A stretch of 64,000 bases of DNA from an uncultured Candidatus Micrarchaeota archaeon (GTDB lineage Archaea; Micrarchaeota; Micrarchaeia; Anstonellales; Bilamarchaeaceae): the NCBI GenBank assembly GCA_963714085.1, contig OY970229.1:1312001-1376000 (forward strand), written 5' to 3'. Both the position numbers and the translations under genes were made by a program. Shown here piece by piece: positions 26,744 to 36,816 of this stretch (within the stretch, counting starts at the first letter, position 1; each line of letters starts with the position of its first letter). Under the pieces are notes generated by a model that made no database searches, was not told where the DNA came from, and was given only the letters and a program-made list of their open reading frames with translations.

Positions 26744-29700
26744 CTATTTCTTTTTGCTGGCCCTCGGCTTGGGCATCATGAAGATTATGCCCCCGATCAC
26801 CACTATCACGACCAGGAGGATTGTTCCGAAGAGCAGCCAGTTGGTGCCAGGAGGCGCTGGAGCCGGGGCGGATACCGAGGATGAGGCGGGCGCCTGGGGC
26901 GCGCTCGTGGGGGCTCCGGCGGCGTTCAATGCCGCCTGTTCCGCCTCGTTCGCGAACTGCATGGCGCCGGTATAATTGCCCGCTGCCAAAGCCGCATTGG
27001 CCTCTCCAAGCAGGGTGTTGGCAGACGAGGTGTCCTTCCCTGCCTGCTCGGCATTGCTGATGGCCGCAGTCGCGGCGGATATCGCGTCGGACGCGTCCTG
27101 CTGCGTCGGCCCTGACGGCGTCACATTGGCGGGAGCTGTCGTATTGGTCGTCTGCCCGGTCGTGTTTGTCGTCACGTTCTGGGTCCCGTTGTTATTCTGT
27201 TGCGGGGGGACGTAGGGCGGCGTGCTATTGGTCGGGCACAAGGCCAGGTCGAACGGATCCGATGTGTAGGACTTGTAATCGCTTGAAGTCGGCTGGTAGA
27301 CCTTGTAAGTCCCGGTCGCAGTTATAGTGAAGATCGCATTTCCGTACTGGTCCGACCGCTCGGTGTCGCTGTAGCCGTTCGACGTCCCTATCAACCTGAC
27401 ATCCAAACCGGACGCGCCATCCGCTGCGGTCAAGGTGACCTGCCCGCTCGTGCAGTCGAACTGCTCGGTCCAGGTCGTGGATTTCAGGTTCGTTGCGCTG
27501 GATGTTGACGTCGGCCCGGTGTTCGTAGGCGCAGGAGGCGGCAACGTGCCGGACTGGGTCAGGGGCGCGTAGTCCGTCACACCCACGGTCTTGCCCAAGG
27601 AATCAGCGTCGTCATACGGGTAGCCGCTGCCTTCCGATCCTATGAAATACTGCGGGAAGCCGGTCGACAGGTTGGTCCCTGCCACCACGACCTGCCCGTT
27701 GATCACATTCGCCCAGATGTTGCCCTCGTCCGTGTCGGATGGGGTCGTGGCATCATAGGCGTTTCCGCCGTTCGAGTCATTGACGTAGAGCCCGGGCGTG
27801 TCCACGAAGGTGTTCCAGTAGAATGTGTTCTCTCCGGAGTCCGAATCCAGGGTGAGAAGGTCCGAAGACGGCGATGACAGCGTGTTGTTCACGAAAAGGT
27901 TGTCTCCGGCATCCTGCAGGTTAACGACCGGCATCTGGGATTCGAACGTATTGTTCGCTACCAAGTTGTCCCCGGTGTCCTGCAGCAGGAGCGCGGAACG
28001 GTCATAATCGTAGAGGAAACCCTGGTATCCGGTGCCTGCGACGAGGGAAGTCTGGTCCGTGACGGTATTGATGCTTCGGACGCGGTTGTTGTCGGTGTCC
28101 GCGATGTACACCGTATTGCCCGGCCCGGCCGAAAGGCCTTCTGGGTAATGGAAGCTGGCGCCGGATCCGATGCCTTCCTGGTAATACGTGCTCAGATTCC
28201 CGGCTACGAAATACGTCTGGCCAGTGTCCACGTTCACTTTCCTGATCAGCGAGTTGCTGCTGTCGGATATGTAGAGGAAACCGTCCTGGCCGAAGGCAAG
28301 GCCATACGGATAGCAGAAGGAAGCCGAAGTGTTGACCCCCTCAGCGTACCCGCAATTGCTTTGCGGGCTGCCGGTCACGTAATACGTCCCCGTGGTCGTG
28401 ATGTTGATCCTCCTTATCACGCCATTTTCGCTGTCTGCGACGTAGAGATAGCCGTCGGGTCCGAAAGTGAGCGCTTCGGGGTAACTGAATCTGGCATAAG
28501 ACCCGTTCGTATCGTTTTCCACGTAGCCCCAGCTATCCGGGGTACCCGCTACCAGGGACGTTTCGTTGGTCGTGACATTGATCTTCCTTATTACGGTATT
28601 GTCGGAGTCCGCGACGTAGAGGTAGCCGTCGGGCCCGGATACGAAGCCTCGGGGCCAATCGAATTCTGCGGAAGAGCCGTTACCGTCCTGATAACCGCAA
28701 CTGCCCGTGTTTCCTGCCACGAGGAAGGTCTCGTTGGTCGTGACGTTTATCTTCCTTATCGCACAGTAGTCCGAGACGTAGAGGTAGCCATCGGGCCCGA
28801 AAGCGAGGGCCATAGGGTATCTGAACAGCGCGCCGGATCCGATGCCTTCCTGGTAGCCGTAAGCCTGGGGCTGCCCTGCGACCACGTCGGTTTCGGAAGT
28901 CGTGGTGTTTACCCTCTCTATGACACGGTTGTCCTCGTCGCTCACGTAGACATAGCCGTCCGGGCCGTACGCCACATCTTGCGGATAGTCGAATGCGGAC
29001 GCCGTGCCTGCCGTGCTGACCGAGTTGCCCAGGATCGTGTCCGAATGAGCTCCGTCGGTCAGGCTGATGCCGTTTACGGCCTGGGATATGGTGTTCCCGG
29101 AGATTAGGTCGCCCGAGTCATCGTCGGTATAGACCCCCCAGGTGACGCCGGATATGCCGTTGTCCAGCAATTGCGTGTCGCTCTCCTCATAGAGGTAGAG
29201 CCCTATGCTGGAGCTAGCGCCGGTTATGGAGTTATTGAACACCACGTTGCCGCTGGAGTACGGAAGCGAACCCCCTGCCAGGGCCGGGGAGCCGTGCGTG
29301 TAGTTGCGGGTGTCCCATGTGGACAGGTACGCGGTGTGGGCTGCATCGGACGGATAGCTCTCGTTCGACTGATATGGGTAGTTGGACATGTTTTTGAACG
29401 GCAGCGGGTCCACTGTCCCGCCGTACACGTTCGAGGCCGGCTTGTAGTAATCGTAGCTGTAGAAGAGGAAATCCCTGACATCGCTGGAGTTCTGCATCGC
29501 GACATACGGGAACTGGGCGCTGATCTCGTCTCCGTGGCGCATTATGACGTACTCGTCGTCCACTGACGCGAGCAGCGGCGTGACATCGCCGTATTTCGTG
29601 AAGTCGCCCGTCGGATTGGAATAGAGCGTATCATTGATGACCGAGTTGTAATCGTATTGCGGGACCACGCCTCCGCTGTAGTTGGAGTACCCGCGCCAAT

Positions 29701-32179
29701 GCAGGTCCGCGGATTCCGGCGAATACGTGTTGACCGTGAAGTTCTGCTGCGGAGAGGTGTCGAGCGCCACATAATCGAAGCTCGAGCGGACGAAGCCGAG
29801 CTTCACCGAGACGTCGCTGGTGTTGACCTTCCCAGTCAGGTTGATCACGTACGTCCTGGGCAATCCAGAGGGCCGCTTTATGTCGCTGTTCGAATAGACG
29901 GTCACCCACTTCCCCTGCGCGTTCTTCACCTGTACGAGACGGGTGTTGGACGAACCGTTCCCGAACGTGCTGAATCCGGTCAAAACCAGCTTCATGTCAT
30001 TGGCGCTGACGTTGCCGAAGTCGAGGGTGAGGTTGTTCATCGTGTCGTTCTCCGCGAGGGCGTAATACCCGTCCTGCGCCGAGACCTGCGCCAGGCAATT
30101 CTTGCCGTTCCCGTCTATGCACGAGATCGGCGCGGTGAGGCTCTTCCCGACCGTGTATATCTTGCCGAGGTCCGAGCGCAGGAGGCCCGGATAGACGTCG
30201 AAAGCGGGCGAGTGGTCTACGGTGACGAGCGCGACCTGGTCCAGGTATGATATCTCATCGTATTCCTCGGTCACCTGCATGTCGTATGTGCCGTTGGCCT
30301 CATCCAGCTGGTCCGAGCTTATCTTGGCATAGTCGCCCGGGATCGATTTCTTATAGGTGCCGTTCCCCAGATTGACTCCCAGGATGCCGGATTCAGCCGA
30401 TATGTCGGTCACCATCCCGTAGCCCGTGCCGTTCCACGAATAAAGGAACGGGCAAGAGGACTCCTCGTCGTAATAGTTGGAGAGCAGCGCGTTGTTTATG
30501 GTGTTGAGGCCGATCTGGTTGTAATTCGAGTACCAGACGCCGAACCCGTTCTGGTCCCCGTCCATGCTGTTGTTCAGCACGGAGTCGTAGTCTGAATAAT
30601 AGAGATAGAAGCCGTCGTAGTTGTTCGAGAGGTTGTTCTGGGTTATCGTCCCGTTCTCGTTGTATTCGAAGTCAATCCCGTAATAGAGATCCTTCATGTT
30701 GCAGTTCTCGACGGTCGTGTTGAAGGAATCCGAGTAGACGCCGTCCCCGACCGGGTTATAGTACTGATAAAATCCGCTGTTCGAGGGCCCGATTATGGAA
30801 TGGCCCGAGCAATCGACCGTGACATTGTCCGCTTCCACGTCCAGGCACGAGGGTCCGTTCGAATTCCCTGCGAGGCCGTGCATGTCCCTAGTGAGGTTGT
30901 ACACGCTGTTCGGGGTATCCAGGACATGGCAAATGCTTGTATTGTCCGTTGAAGCGGTCAGCGGGGCGTAGTCGGTATCGCCGTATACCCTGTAGCCAGA
31001 CGAGTCATAGTCGTACGGCACTGCGCCATCGGTCCCTATGTACATGCCGGAGATGGACGAAGGCACTGATCCTGACACGGGGTCCGTGCCGTCCATGACG
31101 TTCGCATAGATGTTCCCCTGGTTCTTTCCGTCCACGGTGGCGTTGAGGTAGTTGTTTTCCCACGGGTTATACACGTAATACTGATCGGTCTGGGTGAAAT
31201 TGTTCAGGTAGAAGACGTTATAGTACGAGTCGTAATATATAAAGACCAATTCCCCCGAATTCCCGCTGACAGAAATGAACGTGTTGTTGGCGAAAGTATT
31301 GTAGTTGCAATCGTAGTAGATATACACGGGGGTGCTCGTCGTCGATGATATCGTGGAGTTGGCGACGGTATTGTACGAGCTGTAATAGTAATACACCCCG
31401 TATTTCCCAGGGCTGCTGAGCCGGCTCCCTGATATCGTGTTGTTATTCGATTCATGGAAATAGGCGCCGATGAAGTCATTGGACGTGGATGATGCATTGA
31501 CTCCGGTGAGTGTATTATATTCGGAATAGTCTAGATATACTCCGTAGTAGTCGGAGGACGCGTTCAGATTGGTGAACGTGTTATTGGAGGAATCGTAGGC
31601 ATATACGCCATATTCATCTCCGGATGATGCGTTGACATTGGTGAAGGTGTTATTGTAGGCTGAATACAAGTATACGCCGTAATCGCCTTCGGGCGAAGAA
31701 GCTTGGACATTGGCGAAGGCATTGCCGTTCGAATAGTAATCGTTGATGGCTTGCGAACCGTTGGTGGTCACGGAGGTGTTGAGGACGCTGACGGATCCGG
31801 ATGGCGATTGCAGATAGATGCCGTTTCCATCGTTAGCGGATATGCTGGAATTGGTCAGAGTGTCGTTCATCGTGTTGTAATAATCGACGCCGTCGCTGAA
31901 ATCCTGCACGGTGCAGTTCCCCACGGTCATGTTGTTCGCGTCCTGGACAACGATGCCTGCGCCAGTGCCGTCCCCGGTGATGTTATAGCCACGGCAGTTG
32001 AAGGTGCTGTTCTCGGCTTGAAGGATTATGCAAGTGCCCGACGTGCTGAGCGGCCCGGTCAGAAAATAGTTGACATTAGGCGTGCTATATGTCCCGCAGG
32101 ACGATATCCCGCCAATAGGGAACGCATACGCCGATCCAAGTACCAGAAACGCCAACAAAACGACTACTGTCAAACGCAT
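26744..32179 (-). CDS. 1811-aa surface glycoprotein: parallel beta-helix (NosD-like), NHL propeller, C-terminal TM anchor
   Basis: Signal peptide, GVYLYSAYNNTF repeats, six FxYPxxLxxGPDGYLYVAD-type repeats, SCPFLY insert, TM plus basic tail. Confidence 0.85.
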   Translation of the reverse strand: MRLTVVVLLAFLVLGSAYAFPIGGISSCGTYSTPNVNYFLTGPLSTSGTCIILQAENSTFNCRGYNITGDGTGAGIVVQDANNMTVGNCTVQDFSDGVDYYNTMNDTLTNSSISANDGNGIYLQSPSGSVSVLNTSVTTNGSQAINDYYSNGNAFANVQASSPEGDYGVYLYSAYNNTFTNVNASSGDEYGVYAYDSSNNTFTNLNASSDYYGVYLDYSEYNTLTGVNASSTSNDFIGAYFHESNNNTISGSRLSSPGKYGVYYYYSSYNTVANSTISSTTSTPVYIYYDCNYNTFANNTFISVSGNSGELVFIYYDSYYNVFYLNNFTQTDQYYVYNPWENNYLNATVDGKNQGNIYANVMDGTDPVSGSVPSSISGMYIGTDGAVPYDYDSSGYRVYGDTDYAPLTASTDNTSICHVLDTPNSVYNLTRDMHGLAGNSNGPSCLDVEADNVTVDCSGHSIIGPSNSGFYQYYNPVGDGVYSDSFNTTVENCNMKDLYYGIDFEYNENGTITQNNLSNNYDGFYLYYSDYDSVLNNSMDGDQNGFGVWYSNYNQIGLNTINNALLSNYYDEESSCPFLYSWNGTGYGMVTDISAESGILGVNLGNGTYKKSIPGDYAKISSDQLDEANGTYDMQVTEEYDEISYLDQVALVTVDHSPAFDVYPGLLRSDLGKIYTVGKSLTAPISCIDGNGKNCLAQVSAQDGYYALAENDTMNNLTLDFGNVSANDMKLVLTGFSTFGNGSSNTRLVQVKNAQGKWVTVYSNSDIKRPSGLPRTYVINLTGKVNTSDVSVKLGFVRSSFDYVALDTSPQQNFTVNTYSPESADLHWRGYSNYSGGVVPQYDYNSVINDTLYSNPTGDFTKYGDVTPLLASVDDEYVIMRHGDEISAQFPYVAMQNSSDVRDFLFYSYDYYKPASNVYGGTVDPLPFKNMSNYPYQSNESYPSDAAHTAYLSTWDTRNYTHGSPALAGGSLPYSSGNVVFNNSITGASSSIGLYLYEESDTQLLDNGISGVTWGVYTDDDSGDLISGNTISQAVNGISLTDGAHSDTILGNSVSTAGTASAFDYPQDVAYGPDGYVYVSDEDNRVIERVNTTTSETDVVAGQPQAYGYQEGIGSGALFRYPMALAFGPDGYLYVSDYCAIRKINVTTNETFLVAGNTGSCGYQDGNGSSAEFDWPRGFVSGPDGYLYVADSDNTVIRKINVTTNETSLVAGTPDSWGYVENDTNGSYARFSYPEALTFGPDGYLYVADSENGVIRRINITTTGTYYVTGSPQSNCGYAEGVNTSASFCYPYGLAFGQDGFLYISDSSNSLIRKVNVDTGQTYFVAGNLSTYYQEGIGSGASFHYPEGLSAGPGNTVYIADTDNNRVRSINTVTDQTSLVAGTGYQGFLYDYDRSALLLQDTGDNLVANNTFESQMPVVNLQDAGDNLFVNNTLSSPSSDLLTLDSDSGENTFYWNTFVDTPGLYVNDSNGGNAYDATTPSDTDEGNIWANVINGQVVVAGTNLSTGFPQYFIGSEGSGYPYDDADSLGKTVGVTDYAPLTQSGTLPPPAPTNTGPTSTSSATNLKSTTWTEQFDCTSGQVTLTAADGASGLDVRLIGTSNGYSDTERSDQYGNAIFTITATGTYKVYQPTSSDYKSYTSDPFDLALCPTNSTPPYVPPQQNNNGTQNVTTNTTGQTTNTTAPANVTPSGPTQQDASDAISAATAAISNAEQAGKDTSSANTLLGEANAALAAGNYTGAMQFANEAEQAALNAAGAPTSAPQAPASSSVSAPAPAPPGTNWLLFGTILLVVIVVIGGIIFMMPKPRASKKK

Positions 32180-32267
32180 GTCAAAGCACCTTTTAGTGGT
32201 TAACGAATGTTAGCTTTATAAAGCTCATGAATAGCTCGGGGAGCATGAGCCGCGGCCCTTTCAGGTG

Positions 32268-33101
32268 TCAAATCTTCCTTCCGATGGCCTCGATGTGCCT
32301 GCTCAAGCCGACGATGGATGGTTCCGAATTGAATCTTAACTCAAGCTCGAGGAGCCGATTATAGAACCTCTTGTCGGAGAGCATCTTCTCGAGCTGGTCC
32401 TGCGTGAATGGGACGACTAGTTTGCCGAATATCCTTTTAATCTCGAGTCCGTTCTCCTCGAACAGCCTGTTCAGTTCGCTGACCGTGAAATTACGCGCAG
32501 GGAACGAGCCATGGAATTCCGTCACGTGCGTTTTGACGAACCGGTCGATCTTCCCGTAATCCTTGGCCGCCAGGAGGTCCGAGAGCGTCCAATAGAAACC
32601 GTCTATCGAGATGCAGACATGAGCGCCTTTGGTGGCCACTCTTGATAGCTCCCCGACCGCCTTGCCCGGTTTGCCGCAGTATCCGACCGGGTCGCCCTGG
32701 GCGATGACCATTCCGAACGACCCGTCCTCGAAGCAGGACAGGTCGGTTATGTCCGCCTGCACGAACTCAATGCGCCCTTCGAGTCCTTCCTCTTTCGATT
32801 TTTTCTCCGCGACTTCGAGCATCTTCTTGGACAGGTCGGAGCAGACGACCTTGAAACCGAGTTTGGCCAATCGCCTCGACCAATAGCCGGTCCCCCCGCC
32901 CACATCCAGTATCAGATCTTTCTTTTTGGGGAGGTATCCCTTCATCATCCTCCAGGTTATGTCGTCGTACAATTCCCAATACGGGCTGCTGTAATCCGAC
33001 TCGTATCTCTCGGCTATCTGGTCGTGGAATATCGATGATCTGGTCTTCTTCACGGATGACGACCTCCGGGTAGTCATATGAGCGCTCGAAAAGCTTTCCA
33101 T
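32268..33101 (-). CDS. Class I SAM-dependent methyltransferase
   Basis: ILDVGGGTG, DLSKKML, ADITDL. Confidence 0.88.
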   Translation of the reverse strand: MESFSSAHMTTRRSSSVKKTRSSIFHDQIAERYESDYSSPYWELYDDITWRMMKGYLPKKKDLILDVGGGTGYWSRRLAKLGFKVVCSDLSKKMLEVAEKKSKEEGLEGRIEFVQADITDLSCFEDGSFGMVIAQGDPVGYCGKPGKAVGELSRVATKGAHVCISIDGFYWTLSDLLAAKDYGKIDRFVKTHVTEFHGSFPARNFTVSELNRLFEENGLEIKRIFGKLVVPFTQDQLEKMLSDKRFYNRLLELELRFNSEPSIVGLSRHIEAIGRKI

Positions 33102-33167
33102 CGCGCACTCTTAGCAGAGTTCATAGAAACAAAATAATCATAAACCATCCCGTCCCTATTCATCACT

Positions 33168-33485
33168 ATGGTTTCCCGCAGGAGCTTGGACAGGAATCTC
33201 GCCACCGAGAAGGTGGACCTCCAGTTCTACCTGGTCATCGAGCGCGGCGGGAAGCGAATGCTCAAGCCGCTCAAGCTCGATACGAAAGTGCCCCTGAAGC
33301 TGGTGAGAGCGATAGCCGACGACACGATAATCCCCGAGTTCTACGCCACGCTGGCCAAGGACCTGCGCGCCCGGGGTGTGGAGCCCGGCTCCAAGGTGCA
33401 GGTACGCGCTAAGTTCGGACCCGAGCACGAGATGTTCGACCCGGCGCTAAAGGGCACCAGGGTCCTCTGCGAAGTAGACGTCTGA
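33168..33485 (+). CDS. Hypothetical protein
   Basis: 105-aa ORF with host-like codon usage. Confidence 0.65.
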   Translation: MVSRRSLDRNLATEKVDLQFYLVIERGGKRMLKPLKLDTKVPLKLVRAIADDTIIPEFYATLAKDLRARGVEPGSKVQVRAKFGPEHEMFDPALKGTRVLCEVDV

Positions 33486-33487
33486 CG

Positions 33488-34825
33488 TCAGCCTGTGACA
33501 AGTGCCATGGCCGCCTGCTCGAAGGCGCGCCCCGCTTCCTCAAGCAGTTTCTTTCTCGCCGCCAGCTCTTTCGGGTCCCCTTTTTCCAGGATCAGCTCCT
33601 TGTGCAACGCCTCTACGCGCGTGCCCGCGAACTCGGCTTTCACTTCATCGACCCATGCGAGCGCCCTGCGGAGCGGGTCCCCGGCTACCGCTTCCCGTAT
33701 CTTCCTGTTGCCGGCTTCCATCAATGCTATCGTTTTGCCGTCCCCCTTCATGTATGCGTCATCGGTTTTAATCAGCTCGTCGAGTATGTACCGGGTGTTC
33801 CGCTGGCCGAGGAGCCGGGCGAACTCTTCGAGCATTTTCCTCGCCTCCTCCCTCCAGCCTCTCCGGCCCATCGCCCTGGAGTCCTTCGCATAAAGATAAG
33901 CCGTCCGCAGCTTGCCCTTGAACCAGTCTACCTTGAACGCCTTGCCACAGGCGTCGATTATATGGAGGGCTTCGTCGTGCTCCCCCGTCTTTATCTTCTC
34001 CTGCGCCACCCTCATGGCGCTTATCACCACGCGGTCCGAGACCAGGGTGCATGCGACGCCCAGCCCTTCCTCGCCTTCCAGCTTTCCCGCGAGGTCCAAG
34101 AGGACGCCTTTGAGCCTCATGTCCCGGAACGCCCGGAGGCCGTTCTCTCTTACCTCCTCGTAAGCGTCTATCCCCACCACCTCCCCGTCGCGCCAGAGGT
34201 ACCTGTTCTTGAACGCGGTGAGCAGCGTGCATGCCTCGCTTATGGAGCGCCTTCTCCTGAACCTGGTACGGTACCAGATTCCCTCTTTCATCGCTTCCAG
34301 AGCCTTATCCATCTTCATGTCTGCGAGCAGCTTGCAGCCGGATTCGGTCTTGCCCACTTCGGCGTTGTAAGCCGCCAGCACGTCCCGTATCTCCTCGAGC
34401 CGCCTTTCATCTAACCGGGCGCCCTGCGTGTATAGCATCGCATGGAGCTCATCTATGTTCTGGCATAGGATTTCGTTGTCCTTGAGTTCCCCCACGTGAT
34501 TCTGGCGGATGTGCTTCATGGCCCTGACTGCGTGGTATATGTCTGTAAAGACCATCACCGTTGTGCTGGGTATGGGGTCGCCTTCCACGAACCCCTCCCC
34601 TATCCGCGAGGCGCGTTCCCTCCTGAATCCGACCAGCACCCTCCAGCTCTCGATATTGACCTTCAGGTCCACGCGCCTGCCGCTTTCATCCACGCCGTAG
34701 AACTGGTCCGCCCCTATGCCTAGCATCAGCTGCTTTCCGCTCATCGAGCGCCGTCTGGCCCTGTCCCTGTTCCTTTGCATTCCCATGTTGAGGGCGAGTT
34801 CGCGCGTCTCTCTATTGAGTCTCAT
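33488..34825 (-). CDS. Hypothetical alpha-helical protein
   Basis: Long charged ORF, no recognised motif. Confidence 0.7.
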   Translation of the reverse strand: MRLNRETRELALNMGMQRNRDRARRRSMSGKQLMLGIGADQFYGVDESGRRVDLKVNIESWRVLVGFRRERASRIGEGFVEGDPIPSTTVMVFTDIYHAVRAMKHIRQNHVGELKDNEILCQNIDELHAMLYTQGARLDERRLEEIRDVLAAYNAEVGKTESGCKLLADMKMDKALEAMKEGIWYRTRFRRRRSISEACTLLTAFKNRYLWRDGEVVGIDAYEEVRENGLRAFRDMRLKGVLLDLAGKLEGEEGLGVACTLVSDRVVISAMRVAQEKIKTGEHDEALHIIDACGKAFKVDWFKGKLRTAYLYAKDSRAMGRRGWREEARKMLEEFARLLGQRNTRYILDELIKTDDAYMKGDGKTIALMEAGNRKIREAVAGDPLRRALAWVDEVKAEFAGTRVEALHKELILEKGDPKELAARKKLLEEAGRAFEQAAMALVTG

Positions 34826-35059
34826 ATCTCCACGTATTATGATTAGATGGCACAAGTTTATAGTATTTATGGTTTGTTGGCATTTTTCATGGTTCTACCG
34901 CGGAAACGTTCCTCCGCGGAAATCCACCCTCCTGCGAATCGTTTATAAAGCGGCCAAGCACCGGTCATATCGTGAACCTTTTGGGCGGATTTGCCCGACG
35001 GAAAATGGTTGGGGGCCTGCGAGGGCCTCTTCATACTCACGGAACGGAAGGTGATCGGA

Positions 35060-35419
35060 ATGGACAGGAAGAAAGCGGAGCGCCGCGCTGCGGCAAGGGA
35101 TGAGATGCATTCCCTGATGGAATACAGGAAAGCGCTTCAGGAGGACTACCAAGGCGTGTTCGACAAGCTGCTCGGCTATGCAAAGGAGCACGCGGGTGCA
35201 TGCGCACGTGCGGGAAACATGAAACTGTCCGAATCCATGCTGCTGGCAATGATCCTCGAGCAACAGAAGCGGATAGACGCGTTGGCTGCGGAGCGGGGCG
35301 GCCCAGGGACCAGGAAGCCGGTCCAAGAGGAGGCGCGCTCACGCCCGCAGGACGTAGATCTGTTCGCATTATTGAATAAGACGGAGGTGAAGGAGTACCC
35401 GCCATGGGTCGTCTGCTAG
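35060..35419 (+). CDS. Small helical protein resembling the PolB2-associated arCOG07300 family
   Basis: YRKAL..FDKL..A..HA.A..ESMLLAMILEQQKRI pattern (recalled similarity, not searched). Confidence 0.55.
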   Translation: MDRKKAERRAAARDEMHSLMEYRKALQEDYQGVFDKLLGYAKEHAGACARAGNMKLSESMLLAMILEQQKRIDALAAERGGPGTRKPVQEEARSRPQDVDLFALLNKTEVKEYPPWVVC

Positions 35420-35520
35420 AGACTGCCCGCCCACTCTTCGGATTAGCACTCTTTTTTTGCCTTTGGAACAACCCTGCCGGGTTCTGCGCGGGAGCCGGGA
35501 CCCGGCTCTAATTCTCTTCT

Positions 35521-35661
35521 TCAGACCGAGTGGAAATTGCCTTCCTTGTCCCTCCTGAACTTGTGGACCGGATTCGAGGGGCAGACGAAGACGCCTTGGT
35601 TATTCTCCTTCATATCTGAGAACATTCCTTTGTACACGTGGCAATTCGGACATGCTGGCAT
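35521..35661 (-). CDS. 46-aa Zn-ribbon-like microprotein (not in ORF track)
   Basis: MPACPNCHVYKGMFSDMKENNQGVFVCPSNPVHKFRRDKEGNFHSV; GGTGA SD; paralog of 13497-13649. Confidence 0.85.
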   Translation of the reverse strand: MPACPNCHVYKGMFSDMKENNQGVFVCPSNPVHKFRRDKEGNFHSV

Positions 35662-35735
35662 GGGGGTCACCGTTTCACTAATTTATTCAGCAATATTTAA
35701 AAAGAATCATCCCGCTCTTCTGTCAAGGAGATGCA

Positions 35736-36539
35736 ATGGAAGCATACACGAGGCGGCCCGCGGTGGCCGGCGCATTCTATCCGGACGAGCCGGCCGAACT
35801 AAGGAGCATGATAAGCAGCTATCTTGAGAAGGCCGGCAGCGTGAAGGTAGATGGCAGGCTCAGGGCCCTGGTCGAGCCGCATGCGGGCTACGTCTATTCC
35901 GGGCCTGTCGCCGCGTTCGGTTACAAGCTGCTCGCGAGTCTCGCGAAGCAGCCTTCGAAGATAATAATACTCGGGCCGTCGCACTACGCCGGATTCTTCG
36001 GAGCCGCGGAGGCCGGCGCGGACTCGTGGCAGACCCCGCTTGGAATCGTGAAGGCCGGCTCGATAACGTCCGAGATCGGGAAGACCGATATAATCAAGAC
36101 CATTCCAGAAGCCCATGCCCCGGAGCATTGCATAGAGGTCCAGCTTCCGTTCCTCCAGACCGTCATGAAAAAGGACTTCACGGTGTATCCTTTGCTCTGC
36201 GGGGACGCATCCCCGTCCGCGCTCGCGGAAGCGCTCGTAAAGGCGGTGGACGACGACACGCTCATAATCGCCAGCTCGGACCTGAGCCACTACAACCCCT
36301 ACGAGCGCGCCAAGCGCCTCGACTCCATATGCAACAAGGCGGTCCCAGCCCTCGACATCCCAACAATGGAAGACAGCGGGGACGCGTGCGGCAAGACCGG
36401 GATACTGACGCTCATGCACATAGCGAAGAAGATGAAATGGAAGGGGAAGATGCTGGACTACCGGAATTCCGGGGACACGGCCGGGCCCAAGGACGCGGTC
36501 GTGGGCTACGGATGCTACGCGTTCCACAGCGCGAAGTGA
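35736..36539 (+). CDS. amrB: AmmeMemoRadiSam protein B (MEMO1 family)
   Basis: PAVAGAFYP, PHAGYVYSG, GPSH, EHCIEVQLPFLQ, SSDLSHY. Confidence 0.93.
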   Translation: MEAYTRRPAVAGAFYPDEPAELRSMISSYLEKAGSVKVDGRLRALVEPHAGYVYSGPVAAFGYKLLASLAKQPSKIIILGPSHYAGFFGAAEAGADSWQTPLGIVKAGSITSEIGKTDIIKTIPEAHAPEHCIEVQLPFLQTVMKKDFTVYPLLCGDASPSALAEALVKAVDDDTLIIASSDLSHYNPYERAKRLDSICNKAVPALDIPTMEDSGDACGKTGILTLMHIAKKMKWKGKMLDYRNSGDTAGPKDAVVGYGCYAFHSAK

Positions 36540-36543
36540 TTCC

Positions 36544-36807
36544 ATGGACGCGGACGTTCGTGCCGAACTGGAGAAAATAAAGGAGCGCAACCGGCGCGTG
36601 GAGGCGGACAAAGCATGGGAGACCAGCTGGACGAGGAAGCTCGTCATCGCGGCTTTCATATACATATTCGCGGTCATCGTGCTGGCGAGCATAAGGGCGC
36701 TTTCTCCGTTGCTGAACGGGCTCATACCATCTCTCGCCTTCCTGTTCTCCACAGAGACGTTCGATCTCCTCAAAAAATGGTGGATTGGGAATCGCTATAA
36801 GAAATGA
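36544..36807 (+). CDS. Small conserved membrane protein
   Basis: IKERNRRVEADKAWETSWTR plus two TM segments. Confidence 0.75.
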   Translation: MDADVRAELEKIKERNRRVEADKAWETSWTRKLVIAAFIYIFAVIVLASIRALSPLLNGLIPSLAFLFSTETFDLLKKWWIGNRYKK

Positions 36808-36816
36808 GGTGCTCTG

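Noticed and set aside
35476..35510. Hairpin GAGCCGGG-A-CCCGGCTC
   Set aside because: Adequately explained as a 3'-end structure between convergent genes.
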